Assembly (NCBI RefSeq): GCF_006345805.1
Contig: NC_042998.1
Span: 196,416,001-196,480,000, forward strand
Direction of reading: 5' to 3'
DNA: 64,000 bases
Origin: Octopus sinensis
Lineage: Eukaryota
Position numbers and translations under genes: made by a program. Shown in pieces: positions 40,271-53,312 of the stretch. How positions within the stretch are numbered: the stretch's first letter is position 1; the number at the start of each line of letters is the position of its first letter. The notes below the pieces were generated by a model. That model searched no databases. It was not told the DNA's origin and saw nothing but the letters and a program-made list of their open reading frames with translations.

Positions 40271-41511
40271 TATTTCAGATCACTTTAAAACAAAAAGTTT
40301 GTATCATAGAACCAATGGGTTGGTCACATGTGGATTGAGATCAAAAGGACTGAATTTTTTTAATTTCAGTCTTGCTGAGGAATTCCATTGTGTAGGGTTT
40401 GTTGTGGTTTTGTTTCCTTGTTATGAAAGACCAGTTATAGAACTTTTGAAACATGACTAAAGAATCATCAGATTTATTACCATTTTTCAGTTGGTTGGAA
40501 CCAGCTTTTGTTAGCAGGAGAAGCTAGAGCAAACAGTTATATGATTTGCTCAGAGTCACAACAGCTGTTGTTAGATTTGAACTTATGACCTTGTAATCAG
40601 TAATCCAGCGACTTAACCACATGGTCAGCGTACCTCTGAGGTTCCCCATGCTACATGCATTTATTTTTTAAAATTCTTTATTGTAATCATTAGAAATAAT
40701 GATTGCAATGGCTGTGTAGTTAAGAAGCTGACTTCCTGACCATCTGGTCTTGGGTTCAGTCCCACAGCACAGCACCTTGGGCAAGTGTTTTAGCCTTAGG
40801 TCAACTAAACCCTTGTCAGTGGATTTGGTAGATGGAAACTGAAAGAAGCCTGTTTTATATATGTGTGTGTTTGTGCCTCTTTATCATGACATGGTGTGAT
40901 AGTTGTAAATGAGTGTCACTGTCATACAAGCAGTGTCGTTCATTTCCGATATTCTGTGAGAACATATCTGGCTGTGGGGAAATGTTACTTTGCTTGGAAA
41001 TAGGTGAGGGTTGGTGACAGGAAGAGCATCTGGTCGTAGAAAATCTGCCTCAAATAAACTCCCTCTGACCGATGCAAGCACGAAAAAGGTACCATGTAGT
41101 GATACTGACTGGACCTAAAACTATGCATTTGGGAAGCAAACTTCTTGACCATAATGTCACACTTGGACTCATAAAATATTTTATTGTAATTTTTTTAGTT
41201 TTGTATTCAAATCTTGGCTCACTGTTGAAGTTGCATGTCACCTGTTGTAGCTGGTGTAAGGAAGGACATTGAGCCATACAAACCACACCAAAAAAAGAAC
41301 AGACAAGCAACACATGGTCCTCCAAACCATCCATGTGATGGGCAGTGACTCCAAAGAAGAATTCACTCAGATTGTAGTGATCCATCCAACACATGTTAAT
41401 ATGGGAATGGACATAAAATGATGGTGATGATGAATGTTAACTACTTATCTCTATCCCCACTGATTGCTAAAGTCCTCCATCTCTGTTCAACTTTATTCCT
41501 AATACCCCTAT

Positions 41512-42058
41512 TTACATTTGACGGATATTTGTCCTCATCTTGTTTGTTGTTCACACAATGTTTTGGTTGGTGTACTTTCCAGCCTTCATCAGGTATCTTG
41601 GGGAAATTTCAAACCTGGGTTCTCATTCCTAAGGTATTTTTCTGATGGCATTACTATTATTATTATTATTATCCAGGTCACTACTGTGCCGGTGGCACGT
41701 AAAAAGCACCAACCGATCGTGGCCGTTTGCCAGCCACGCCTGGCCTCCGTGCCGGTGGCACGTAAAAAGCACCATCCGATCGTGGCTGTTTGCCAGCCTC
41801 GTCTGGCACGTAAAAAGCACCTACTACACTCATGGAGTGGTTGGCGTTAGGAAGGGCATCCAGCTGTAGAAACATTGCCAGATCAGACTGGGCCTGGTGC
41901 AGCCTTCTGGCTTCCCAGACCCCAGTTACACCATCTGACCCATGCCAGCATGGAGAGCGGACGCTAAACGATGATGATGACTGCCTGGAATTGAACTCGA
42001 AATCTTGGGGTTAGCAGCCCACACTTTTAACCACTACACCATATGTCCATGGGCAATG
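41512..42058 (-). mobile_element. Same SINE family (copy 3), interrupted by a GAT-tailed SINE at ~41683-41980
   Basis: The CAGGTCA...CTGCCTGG junction of copy 1 is split here by the nested element; the ribozyme core is decayed. Confidence 0.7.
41683..41980 (+). mobile_element. SINE family C with RTE-type (GAT)n tail; representative copy
   Basis: Ends GGACGTTAAACGATGATGATG. More than 15 copies, e.g. 15110-15325, 34830-35055, 45705-45922, 62390-62545, 63540-63872 (+) and 20085-20380, 33464-33680, 43440-43770, 46727-47200, 51527-51930, 59125-59340, 62766-63060 (-). Confidence 0.85.
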
Positions 42059-42412
42059 ATTCTTAATGTATGGTGTCTTCTCCTTATATCTCTTTGAAAG
42101 TTGTTCACTAAAGAATGGCAATCAGCTGTCCTCAAGAAGCCATGTCCATCTTGGCAGAAACGGGGTGCTAAGAGCATATTGTTTATGTCTATGTTCTTGC
42201 ACCCAATCTGTAATCTTTCCCCATAAATCCCCTTCCTAACCCTTAATCCCTTCATCACTTTTCTAACCACAGCATTATTTCCCTGGCTGCTGTAGTTATA
42301 CGAGAAAAGAATTATTATTGACCCCCACTTTTGTGCTACCAGTTATCCCTCTCCTTCGAACCGCTTTAATTGTCAACCATCTCACATTCTCAATACCATT
42401 CCTTATTATTTA

Positions 42413-42646
42413 AGGGCGGCGAGCTGGCAGAATCGTCAGCACCCCAGGTGAAATGCTTAGCGGTATTTCGTCTGCCATTACATTCTGAGTTCAAATTCTG
42501 CCGAGGTCGACTTTGCCCTTCATCCTTTCGGGGGTCGATTAAATAAGTACCAGTTGCGCACTGGGGTCGATATAATCGACTTAAACCCTTTGTCTATCCC
42601 TGTTTGTCCCCTCTATGTTTAGCCCCCTGTTGGCAATAAAGAAATT
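42413..42646 (+). mobile_element. SINE family B (tRNA head, TTCATCCTTTCGGGGTCGAT central block); representative copy
   Basis: Copies at ~1-141, 6925-7100, 14815-15032, 31945-32175, 50968-51198 (+) and 1125-1350, 34165-34335, 35873-36102, 50830-50968 (-). The central block resembles a deeply conserved SINE domain (Meta-type, from memory, unverified). Confidence 0.85.
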
Positions 42647-44176
42647 AATATCATCCCTTGTTATTTCACTTTTGATTGAATGACCCTTTCAACTGCGCAC
42701 ACCCTCATCTCTCCCTTCAATGTTCCCCACCACACACCTTTGTCATTCACGTACCTCTAACGTCCATCAGTGTCAGTGTGTGTCCTTCTCTCTACACTTT
42801 ACTTCATCTTCCTATTTCTCATCTGTCTATGGTTTCATTGTTGCTCTTTTTAGAGACTGCCACCTATCACCTCCTCCTCCTCCTCCCTGACCCACTTCTT
42901 ATTTTTCTTTCACCCCCTCCCCCAGCTGAGATTCACTGTTGACCTGGCCTCCACCCATTCACCCCATTCACCTCTATTCCCATCTCTGTCACTCTCCTTT
43001 CATATTCTTGTGAACCTACCCACCTGGCCATCCTTCATTTTCTGCTCCTATTCTCTCTTATGTCTACCTTATACTTTGAGAGTGTATCCAGACGTTGCAT
43101 TTTCGTCATTCCTTTTCCCTTTTCTGCCGAGGTAGCCATGTACCCCTTCTACAGCAAGACCCCTCTTTCTGTCCCCCTATCATATTTTAGTCTCGCAAGT
43201 CCATACGCAAAACCATCTTCCTCAGTACTGCTCAGTCTTGCTCTGTCGATGGGTCTTACTTCGCAAGTTACTTGGTGACCTAACTAGATCCAGTGTCACA
43301 AAAAGAAGCCTCCCTCCCCCAGCTACACTCTGTACAGTCTGACATTGGGAAGGGCATCCAGCTGTAGAAACCATGCTGAAACTGGAATTCAACACAGTCG
43401 TCTGGCTTGTCACATCCTGTTGAACGATACAATCCATGCCAGCATGAAACATCATCGTTTAGCGTTCGCTTTCCATGCTAGCATGGGTTGGACAGTTCAA
43501 CTGGGGTCTGGGAAGCCAGGAGGCTGCACCAGGCTCCAGTCTGATCTGGCAGTGTTTCTACAGGTGGTTGCTCTTTCTAACGCCAACCACTCCGTGAGTG
43601 TAGTGGGTGCTTTTTATGTGCCAGGCGAGGCTGGCAACGGCCACGATCGGTTGGTGCTTTTTACGTGCCACCGGCATGGAAGCCAGTCGAGGCAGCACTG
43701 GCAATGGCCACGTTCTGATGGTTCTTTTACATGCCACCGGCACTGGTATCACAACTACAATTTCCATTGATTTTTGAGCGATCTCGATTTCGAAACACAG
43801 CTGTTAAATGAAGACGGTAGAGAAAGGGCTGTTAGTCTCTTCCTAACCTGCTCACCAAGTTCTACATGGAATCAATATTCTGTGCACTCAATACTTGCTC
43901 TTTCATTGCATTAATCTGAAACACTTGACGCTCGACAAAGTCAACTTTTTTGGGGGGTGGGGGGTATTATTGTTCACTCTCTCTTTCTGTCCTTTTCATG
44001 CTTTTACAATTAAATGTCAGTTTTTAAACCAATGTTTTAAATTAGTTTAATTTTTTTATGTAAAACTCTAGTTTGAATTTTACAACAGAAAAATTCAAAC
44101 TAGAGTCGTTTACTTTAGTTACAGTGAAGTTATGTTTGCGATAATGTTTGTTTTAATTCTTCCAATTCCATTGTAG

Positions 44177-44368
44177 GTGATGCTCAAAAATCTTTCCAAT
44201 GAAACTAGAACCAAAGTTAATGGTAATAATATTGACGTGGAGACTCTGAATGACCAAGATATATTTACCATTGACGAGCGTTCTTTCCGGTTTGAAGTTT
44301 TGGAGGATCAAAAATCAAAAGTTGGCAAAAAGACCCCACAGAAAGAAATTAAGATCCTTTCTCCAAAG
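44177..44368 (+). CDS. MKI67: Ki-67 orthologue, coding exon 3 (FHA C-terminal part)
   Basis: ttgtag acceptor; VMLKNLSNETRTKVNGNNIDVETLNDQDIFTIDERSFRFE matches Ki-67 ILHNFSSTNPTQVNG...GDVITIIDRSFRYE; donor AAG|gtatac; phase 0/0. Confidence 0.95.
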
Positions 44369-45485
44369 GTATACTCTTTTACTCTTTTACTTGTTTCAGT
44401 CATTTGACTGCAGCCATGCTGGAGCACCACCTTTGGTCAAGCAAATCGACCCCAGGACTTCTTCTTTGGAAGCCTAGTACTTATTCTATCGGTCGCGTTT
44501 GCTGAACCGCTAAGTGACGGGGACGTATACACACCAGCATCGGTTGTCAAGCAATGTTGGGGAGACACAAACATATACACTCACACACATATATATATAC
44601 AATGGGCTTTTTTCAGTTTCAGTCTACCAAATCCACTCACAAGGCTTTGGTCGGCCTGAGGCTATAGTAGAAGACACTTGCACAAGGTGCCACGCAGTGG
44701 GACTGAACCCGGAACCATGTGGTTGGGAAGTAAGCTACTTACCACATAGCCACCCCTACACCTATCATTTTGGCTTGTTTATGTTACTTTTAGAAATTGA
44801 TTAATCTCCTCCTTCCTGAGCCATTCTTATTTCTTTTATCCCCCCAAACCACCACCACCATTGGTATTTACCATTGATCGCATCTCCATCCTTGTAAGAG
44901 ATTCGCTACATTCACCTGTACCCCCATCACTAACAATCTATCACTCTCCACTCACACCCCTATCGACCTATCCATCCACCCTTCCTGATTCTTTGTCCGC
45001 TGTCCCTCTTATACTCACCTTCTGGTATCTTGAGGGTACACCCTGACACCTCATCACCATTGTCATTGTTTCCTTTTCAACTACTCCTACCCACCCTTAT
45101 ATGATGTGGGGTAGTCATGCACCTCCCCTCTAGCATGACATATGTGCCTGCCAGCCTGCCTCTCTCTCTCAATGCCTGGCATAAAAACCATCTCCATCTC
45201 TCTCCTACAACTCTAATCAGTTGAAGAGACTTTTTCTTTGACTTGCCAGTTACTTGGTCACCTCAATAGCAACTGTGTCACAAAAAAAGCACCCAATACA
45301 TTCTGTAAAGGTGTCCAGTATGTGGGAACCATGCCAAAACAGACATTGGAGTTTGGTGCAATGTTTTGGCTGATTGGATCCTGTCAAACCATCCAACCCA
45401 AGATGGTGGTAATGAATTTACTGAGCATGTGACGATGCTTATCTACAACCATCAAGTGATGTCAAAACAAGACTGCAAACATGTG

Positions 45486-45517
<32 letters not shown>

Positions 45518-46128
45518 TGCCCACACACATATAATCTTGTGCTTCTTTTGGTTTCTAACTACCAAATTCGCTCGCTAGGCTTTTTTTAGCCAGGTACTTA
45601 TTCTCTTGATCTCGTTTGCCTAACTGCTAAGTTACAGGGATGTAAATATATCAACATGGGTTACCATGCGGTGGTGGGGACAAATACAGATATATACGCA
45701 CGTCCCCTGGCTCCTGTGCTGGTGGCACGTAAAAAATAACCAACTGATCTTGGCCGTTTGCTAGCCTCTCAGAGTGGTTGGCATTAGGAAGGGCATTCCA
45801 GCTGTAGAAACACTGCCAGATCAGACTGGAGCCTGGTGCAGCCTCCTGGCTTCCCAGACCCTGGTCGAACCGTCCAACCCATGCTAGCACGGAAAACGGA
45901 CATTAAACGATGATGATGATGAACAGGCTTCTTTCAGTTTCCGTCTGCCAAATCTGCTCACAAGGCTTTTGTTGGCCCAGGGCTATAGTAAAAATCATTT
46001 AGCCAAGGTGCCATACAATGGGACTGAATCCGGAACCATGTGTTCGGGAAGCAACCTTCTTACCACACAGCCACCCCTAATGACGACCCCTTCTGAAAAT
46101 GTTTTATTTGTTTTCTCTATAATTTCAG

Positions 46129-46192
46129 GTCAGACCACCACCTCCTTACAAACCCCAGGATGATCTGCCACAATCTTTAAATCGCTCACAAT
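46129..46192 (+). CDS. MKI67: Ki-67 orthologue, coding exon 4
   Basis: tttcag acceptor, VRPPPPYKPQDDLPQSLNRSQ, donor T|gtaagt. Phase 0 in, phase 1 out, which bridges exon 3 and exon 5. Confidence 0.75.
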
Positions 46193-47746
46193 GTAAGTTT
46201 TATGCCTTGATTTCTCTTAAATGTTAAAGGAAAACAATTTCTTTTGTTTTTTTTACAAATATTTATTTTTGGTAAATATCCCAGCTATTTCGGTAGTTTC
46301 ATCATTTTATGAATTGCACCATTAGAGCAGTTTTGGGATCTTGCTCATGGCTCTGGCCCTATCTTGTCATATAACCCTTCAGCACTTAAACTACCCGTAC
46401 CCAACCCAAGTATTCTACCTCACTCCACATTTTGTTCATGGTGAGCCACTGAGTCGCACAGCCAGTCATTGAAGGACAATGATAATATCATAAGAGGGAC
46501 CTGTCTCTCATGTCAGTCCATAGCATCTGCCTTTCTGGTCTCTGTTGCTGAAGAGGAAATAACCACTGTGAAATGCCTGCATCCCACACAGTCTGGTTGG
46601 GGGACACTGTGAACTGACTTGGTGTATTTCCACCTATTTGTCTACAGTAAGAAATGCTCTCCATTACAAAATGCACTGAATAGCTTTCTTATGGTTTCAA
46701 ATAAGCCTCAAGCATATTTGAACTCATCATCATCATCGTTTAACATCTGCTTTCCATGCTAGCATGGGTTGGACGATTTTGACTGAGGGCTGGCGAACCA
46801 GATGGCTACACCAGGCTCCAATCTTGATCTGGCAGAGTTTCTACAGCTTGATGCCCTTCCTAACGCCAGCCACTCCAAGATTGTTGTGGGTGCTTTTTAC
46901 GTTCCACCGGCACGGGGGCCAGTCAGGCGGTACTGGCAATGACCTCACTCAAATCTTTTTACACATGCCACCGGCACAGGTGCCAGTAAGCGACGTTGGT
47001 AACGATCGTGCTCGAATGGTGCCCTTTTACGTGCCACCGGCACGGAAGCCGGTTGGCTGCTCTGGCAACGATCACGCTCGGATGGTGCTCTTGGCACCCT
47101 ACTAGCACGGGCACAAGTGCCAGTAAGGCAACGCTGATAACGATCACGCTCGAATGGTGCCCTTTTATGTGCCACAGGCACGGAAGCCGGTTAACAAGTT
47201 TATTTATACACATCTCTATTTAGGATTTCATTGTGATCACTTCGGAGATTAACCCATTCAAGCTGATCGTCCGTTTAAACTGAGCCACTCAATTTATAAG
47301 GGTGTGAAACAAATACTTGATACAAATTGTGATTTGTGTATGATACTCTTTTACCTGTTTCAGTCATTTGGCTGTGGCCATGCTGGAGCACCACCTTTAA
47401 TCGAGCAAATCTTACAGTCATGAGTCCAACACCCTAACCACTAAGCCATGTGCCTCCACTTCGTTTCCCACTGCTCCTGTCCACCCAGTTGCTAAAAATG
47501 AATAGTCCTATGATGGAATGGTGTCCCATCCAGGGAGGAATATATATGCCAGGGAAACTGGGAAACCAGCTGTATGCTTCTTATGGGGTGATGTGGACTA
47601 ACCACATCATTCCGTAAGTGATAGGGACCCCGGTTGAGAATCCCTGTGTTTTTGAATTAGTTTTGCCCCAATTGCATAAACTGGATTTGTTTAGTTTCTC
47701 CCTTTATGGCCTCCGTGATTTTTACTTTGTGTCTCTCTTGTTTTAG

Positions 47747-48754
47747 CTAAATCTCCAAGCGGTGGAACCAATACAAAGTCAAACAGAAGAAATAGCCAAA
47801 GAGAAGCGACCTCTTCACCTGAGCCCGGAAGCAAGGCAGCTTCTCCCAGAAGAACACCACTGAGTGAATTGAGTTCTGCAGGAACAAGTCAAAAAGTGTT
47901 TTCAGCTGGGAAAGCGAAAGATTCTTCACCTTTGAATGGGATTCCAATTCACGAATGGAGAAGTCGTTCAACTACTCCAAAATCAGCCAAACTTGACCGA
48001 ACCAGTTCCTCAGAGAAACAAAAGAAAAGGCACCAATCTCTAGAAAGATTTGAATCTCCTCGGCTGTCTAAGAAAGATAATGTTCTAGATGACCCTTCTC
48101 CAAAGAAAACAGAAGCCTCTAACGATCCTGTTAAAACGCCTAAAGCAAAATCTGTCTCTGCCTCTCCTGCAACGACACCAGCTTCGGCAAGGAAGAGCCG
48201 TTCTACAACACCAGTTTCTAAAAGTTCAAGGCAAAGCGGTGTGAGCTCTGGCTCTCCTAAGAGTCCTGAAGAAGATTTAAAACCAGCATCTGGGAAAGGC
48301 AAAAGCCGGGCAAACAGTCCAAAAAGTTTGGTTAAAAATGGTGACTTGGAATTAAGTGGCAAAAATAAAAGTGAAGAAATCCATTCAGGTAAAGACTTGA
48401 AAAGGAAATCTACAACTTCATGTGATACGGATGATGCCAGTGATGGCACTAAGATGTCCAAAACTCACCGGACACCTTCAAAGTCTCCGGTTAAAGAAAC
48501 TGAAAGCAAAGTTTCTAAAAGGAAAAGCCTGAATTTAACGGAATCGAGTTCGCAGGTGACGAGTGAAACACCTGGTTCCAAGGATAAAAGTAAGAGTCCC
48601 TCACCAAAATCACCAGTTAAACAGTTGAATAATACCACAGCAGCAGGCGGTCAGTCTGCAAGATCAAGTCCATCCAGTACGAAACCTTCGCCTGCAAATA
48701 GAAAGTCAGTTGGAAATGTTCCTTCTCCAAAGATGGTGTCAGCTGGCAACTCCG
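47747..48754 (+). CDS. MKI67: Ki-67 orthologue, coding exon 5 (S/T/K/P-rich disordered region)
   Basis: ttttag acceptor (phase 1), open frame continuous with ORF 47869..48807, many SP/TP sites. Donor TCCG|gtaata (phase 1) matches the next exon. Confidence 0.88.
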
Positions 48755-48824
48755 GTAATATGATCTTTCCACACTTTGTTATTTCATTATTTTTATTATT
48801 AAGGTAGCAAAGGTGGTGAGCTGG

Positions 48825-49570
48825 CAGAAACGTTAGCACACCAGGCGAAATGCTGAACGGTATTTCGTCTGCCACTACCTTCTGAGTTCAAATTCCGCTG
48901 AGGTAGACTTTGCCTTTCATGCTTTCTGGGTCGATAAATTAAGTACCAGTTATGCACTGCGGTCGATATAATTGACTTAATCCGTTTGTCTGTCCTTGTT
49001 TGTCCTCTCTATGTTTAGCCCCTTGTGGGTAGTAAAGAAATAGGTATTTCGTCTGTCTTTATGTTCTGAGTTCAAATTCCGCAGTGGTCAACTTTGCCTT
49101 TCATCCTTTTGGAGTCGATAAATTAAGTACCAGTTATGCACTGGGGCAATATAATCGACTAATCTGTTTGTTTGTCCCTTCTGTGTTTAGCCCCTTGTGG
49201 GCAGTAAAGAAATATCTATTTTGTCTGTCTTTACGTTCTGTGTTCAAATTCCACCTAGGTTGACTTTGCCTTTCGAGGTTGATTATATAAGTACCAGTTA
49301 TACACTGGGGTCGATATAATCGACTTAATCCCTTTCCCCAAATTTGAGGTCTTGTGCTTCCAGTAGAAAAGATTATTAAGGCATTGAGCTTGCAGACTTG
49401 TTAGAATGCTGGACAGAATGCTCAGTTTTATTTCATTCGTGTTTTGATGCTCTGAGTTCAAATTCCACTGAGGTTGATTTTGCTTTTCATCCCTTTGGGG
49501 ACAATAAAATAAGTACCAGTTGAGCAGAGGGATCAATGTAATCAACCAGGCCCCTCCCCCAAAATTTCAG
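48825..49570 (+). mobile_element. Multimeric SINE B array
   Basis: Same head + truncated-unit architecture as 21105-21856, in the opposite orientation. Confidence 0.8.
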
Positions 49571-49705
49571 GCTTTATGCCTATAATAGAAAGAATTTTTA
49601 TTATTACCAATTCTAGGGCAATTTTAGGATTGGTAGAATCATTAGACTGTGGAACAAAACGTCTTACAATATTCATTCTGACTCATGTTCCTAGTTCAAA
49701 GTTTG

Positions 49706-50369
49706 TTAACCCCTTCGTTACTGTATTTATTTTGAGATGCTGTGCAGGTGGCACGTAAAAAGCACCCACTACACTCACGGAGTGGTTGGCGTTAGGAAGG
49801 GCATCCAGCTGTAGAAACACTGCCAGATAAGACTGGAGCCTGGTGCAGCCTTCTGGCTTCCCGGATCCCCGGTCGAACCGTCCAACCCATGCTAGCATGG
49901 AGAACGGACGTTAAACGATGATGATACTCTCTGTTTCTTTCAATTAATTTTAAATATAACAAAGAATTTAGTAAAATAACATGGTTATCATTAAGCTAGT
50001 GTTAGGAACATAAATTGTGACTAAGGTTTGCTGGAAGATTTTATTTCAAAACTTATGAAAACAAAACATTTGCACTTCAGACCCAGAGGCAGTTTCAGCC
50101 AGGTTGGTATCAAAAGGGTTAAGAATTGTTTCTCTTTTATATATTTTAACCCTTTTGTTACCATATTTCTGTTGAGATGCTCTGTGTTTCTCTCTCAATT
50201 AATTTTAAATATAACAAAGAATTTAGTAAAATAACTTGGTTATAATTAAACTAGTGTTAGGAACATAAACTAAGGTTTGGTGGATTTTAATTCAAAGCTT
50301 TTATGAAAACGAGACATTTGTACTGAGAGCCAGAGCTGGTTTCGGCCGGGTTGGTAACGAAAGGGCTAA
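49706..50369. mobile_element. Tandem pair of TTAA-flanked MITEs, family 2 (first copy interrupted by a SINE at ~49741-49926)
   Basis: TTAACCC...GGGTTAA ends, separated by the 23-nt spacer GAATTGTTTCTCTTTTATATATT. Confidence 0.75.
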
Positions 50370-51959
50370 GATTAACTTAGCTTTTTGTCCTTCTGGAGTT
50401 GGTACAATAGCAGTCTGAGGACCGTAGTCAGTGGTATCATCTTACCAGCCTCCTATCAAAATTGATAGCGTTTTGCTTCTTCATTAGCCTCGTCCTCAAT
50501 TAACATTTGTATTGCATACCAGCATAAGTTGGATAGTTTGAGATGATCTGACAGATTAGAAATCCCTGCGTTGAGCTCCTAAGTCTGCTTAGGTATGGTT
50601 TCTACAGCTGGATGCCCTTCCTAATGCCATCTACTCCACAGAGAAATTATATTTCAAACGAGTGGAATTACTGACAATGGCCACCCCATATAACCAAGCC
50701 TCACCACCCACATGCTGGAGAAGGAGATGGTCAACTGTGTGGGAACTTTACTGAGATTAAAGGGACTTTCACAAACATCCATGATGACGAACAGCCCAGA
50801 AGATGGTACTTGGTTTTCATAAGATTGGTTTCAAATTCCAGCACAAGGCCAGCAGTTTCGGGAGGGGGGTAAGTCATTTAACATTGACCCCAATGCACTA
50901 CTGGTACTTATTTTATCAACCCCAAAAAGATGAAAGGTGAAGTCACCTTGGTGGTATTTGAACTCAAGCGGCGAGCTGGCAGAACCGTTAGCACACCGGG
51001 CGAAATGCTTAGCGGTATTTCGTCTGCCATTACGTTCTGAGTTCAAATTCCGCTGAGGTTGACTTTGCCTTTCATCCTTTCGGGGGTCGACTAAATAAGT
51101 ACCAGTTACGCACTGGGATCGATATAATCGACTTAATCCCTTTATCTGTCCTTGTTTGTCCTCTCTGTGTGTAGCCCCTTGTGGGTAGTAAAGAAATAAG
51201 AGAATACTGGGTGCCTTTTCTTGTCACTGTCACTATTGATGTTGCCAAGTAGCTCCCAAGAGAAGTGTCTTGTTCTATGTTTAGAGAGGCTAAAGTGCAA
51301 TCAAGGGATTGACATGTCTAATATGTTCCTATGTTATAAACCATTATTATTAGTGCCGATCATTTTGGACTTTCATATTTTGATGTTTCTATAAACTAGA
51401 ATTTTTTGACCAATTTTCACCCCTTTTGTTACCCTTTTGTTGGAATATGCTGCCTTTGTTTCAGTTGATTTTGAAAATAAAGAAGAATTTATTAAAATAA
51501 CTTTTCTATTGCTAAGTGGGTGCTTCATCATCATCATCATCATCGTTTAACGTCCGCTTTCCATGCTAGCATGGGTTGGACGGTTCAACTGGGGTCTGGG
51601 AAGCCCGAAGGCTGCACCAGGCTCCTGTCTGATCTGGCAGTGTTTCTACAGCTTGATGCCCTTCCTAACGCCAACCACTCCATGAGTGTAGTGGGTGCTT
51701 TTTATGTGCCACCGACACAGGTGCCAGACGAGGCTGGTGAACGGCCACGCTTGGATGGGGTTTTTTACGTGCCACCGGCACAGAGGCTGGCACGGCCACG
51801 ATCGGATGGTGTTTGTTACGTGCCCACAGCACAGAGGCCAGTCGATGCGGTACTGGCTACGGCCACATTCGGATGGTTTTCTTATGTGCCACCGGCACTG
51901 GTACCACAAAAATACAAATTCCATTGATGTTCATCGATTTTGATTTGATTTGATTTTCA

Positions 51960-52250
51960 CTTGCCTCAACAGGTCTTCGCAAGTAGAGTTATGTGTCCCA
52001 AGAAGGAAGTATGCACAGGTGGACTGACTACGTCCCAGGTAGGGGCCATGGATTATGGCCTCACGTGTCCTGCCAGGTCTTCTCGTGCACAGCATACTTC
52101 CAAAGGTCTCGGTCTCTGGTAATTTCCTCGGTGAGACCTAAAGCGCGAAGGTCGTTCTTCACCACCTCGTCCCAGATTTTCCTGGGTCTACCTCTTCCAC
52201 AGGTTCCCTCAACCACTAGGATGTGGCACTTTTCCACAACTATCTTCATC
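51960..52250 (-). mobile_element. RTE LINE 3' end
   Basis: VEGTCGRGRPRKIWDEVVKNDL...LTEEITRDRDLWKYAV, a typical RTE ORF C-terminus. Confidence 0.8.
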
Positions 52251-52914
52251 CATTCTTACTAGCATGACATTCTGATGGTTGGCCTTAAAGATTACTTTAA
52301 AATAGGGTCACTCTTGAGTGCTACTGGTAACATGTAACCCAGTACAACCTATCGCATGGTCGGGTCATAAGTACCTTGTCACAGTGAAGTGCTTGTGTGC
52401 TCCATTGACCCAGCGAGCTATGCCAGAGGGAGAGAATTTTTCAGGCAGGTCTTACCAGGCCAGACAGGTCAAAGGGTAGGAGACAGATAGAACCTTAAGG
52501 ACAATAAATCAAATCGTCGGTAGCAGGTTGTGGATTTAGTTATCGGCAGGGGACCTAACAGATCAGATTCCTGGCTTTGAACCAGCAGGATGTCATGCAG
52601 AGAATCTTGAATACAAGGCAATGAATGGGACCCTAATATTCCTAGTTACATGGAAACTGCGGGACCACATGGAGCAGCGACCTGTGACTCCTACTGTATG
52701 TGCAACAGAAACCCCCATGAAAAGGGTGTCCTATGGGATGACCTAGATGAGATAAAATAGGGAAGATGTATCATAGAACCAACGACAACTTTCAGATGGG
52801 TTGGTATTAACAGTTAATGCAGTCAGCTTTTGTACATTTAAGGGGCTTTTTCCCAGTAAAAGTGCCTTAATGTTTTATAAAGCATTTTAGTGGTTTCATT
52901 ATGAAGACAGCTAA

Positions 52915-53312
52915 TCTTTATATATAAAAGTGAGGTTGTGTGTCTGTCTGTCTCCTACGATTTAGATTCCTAACTACTCCCACATTTTGCGGTGCAGTTT
53001 AACCAAAACCGGGTATCTTATAGTCGTGATTCATATCGAGCCCTTCTGGGTATTAGCGCGTGTCTGCGATGAGTCTACGATTTAAAAAAAAATTTACCAT
53101 CAATTTTTCCCATTTTTAATGCATTTTTGGCATATATAAGGGACGTAACTCTCTAAAAATTTATTATTAAATCTCAGAACGTAAAAAGCTACGGTAACAA
53201 CCCCCCCTTTGTGGTTAACCATATTGAGATGGCTATTATACTTTACATCTCTAAAAATGCTTATATAGTTATTTCCCTTACAAACCCGAGCAACGCCGGG
53301 CGATACTGCTAG
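52915..53312 (+). mobile_element. Non-autonomous Helitron (second copy)
   Basis: Same termini and body as 7322-7721; A|TC...CTAG|T. Confidence 0.8.

Noticed and set aside
52400-52760. Possible RTE 5' UTR and endonuclease start
   Set aside because: Resemblance too degraded to support a feature call without an alignment.
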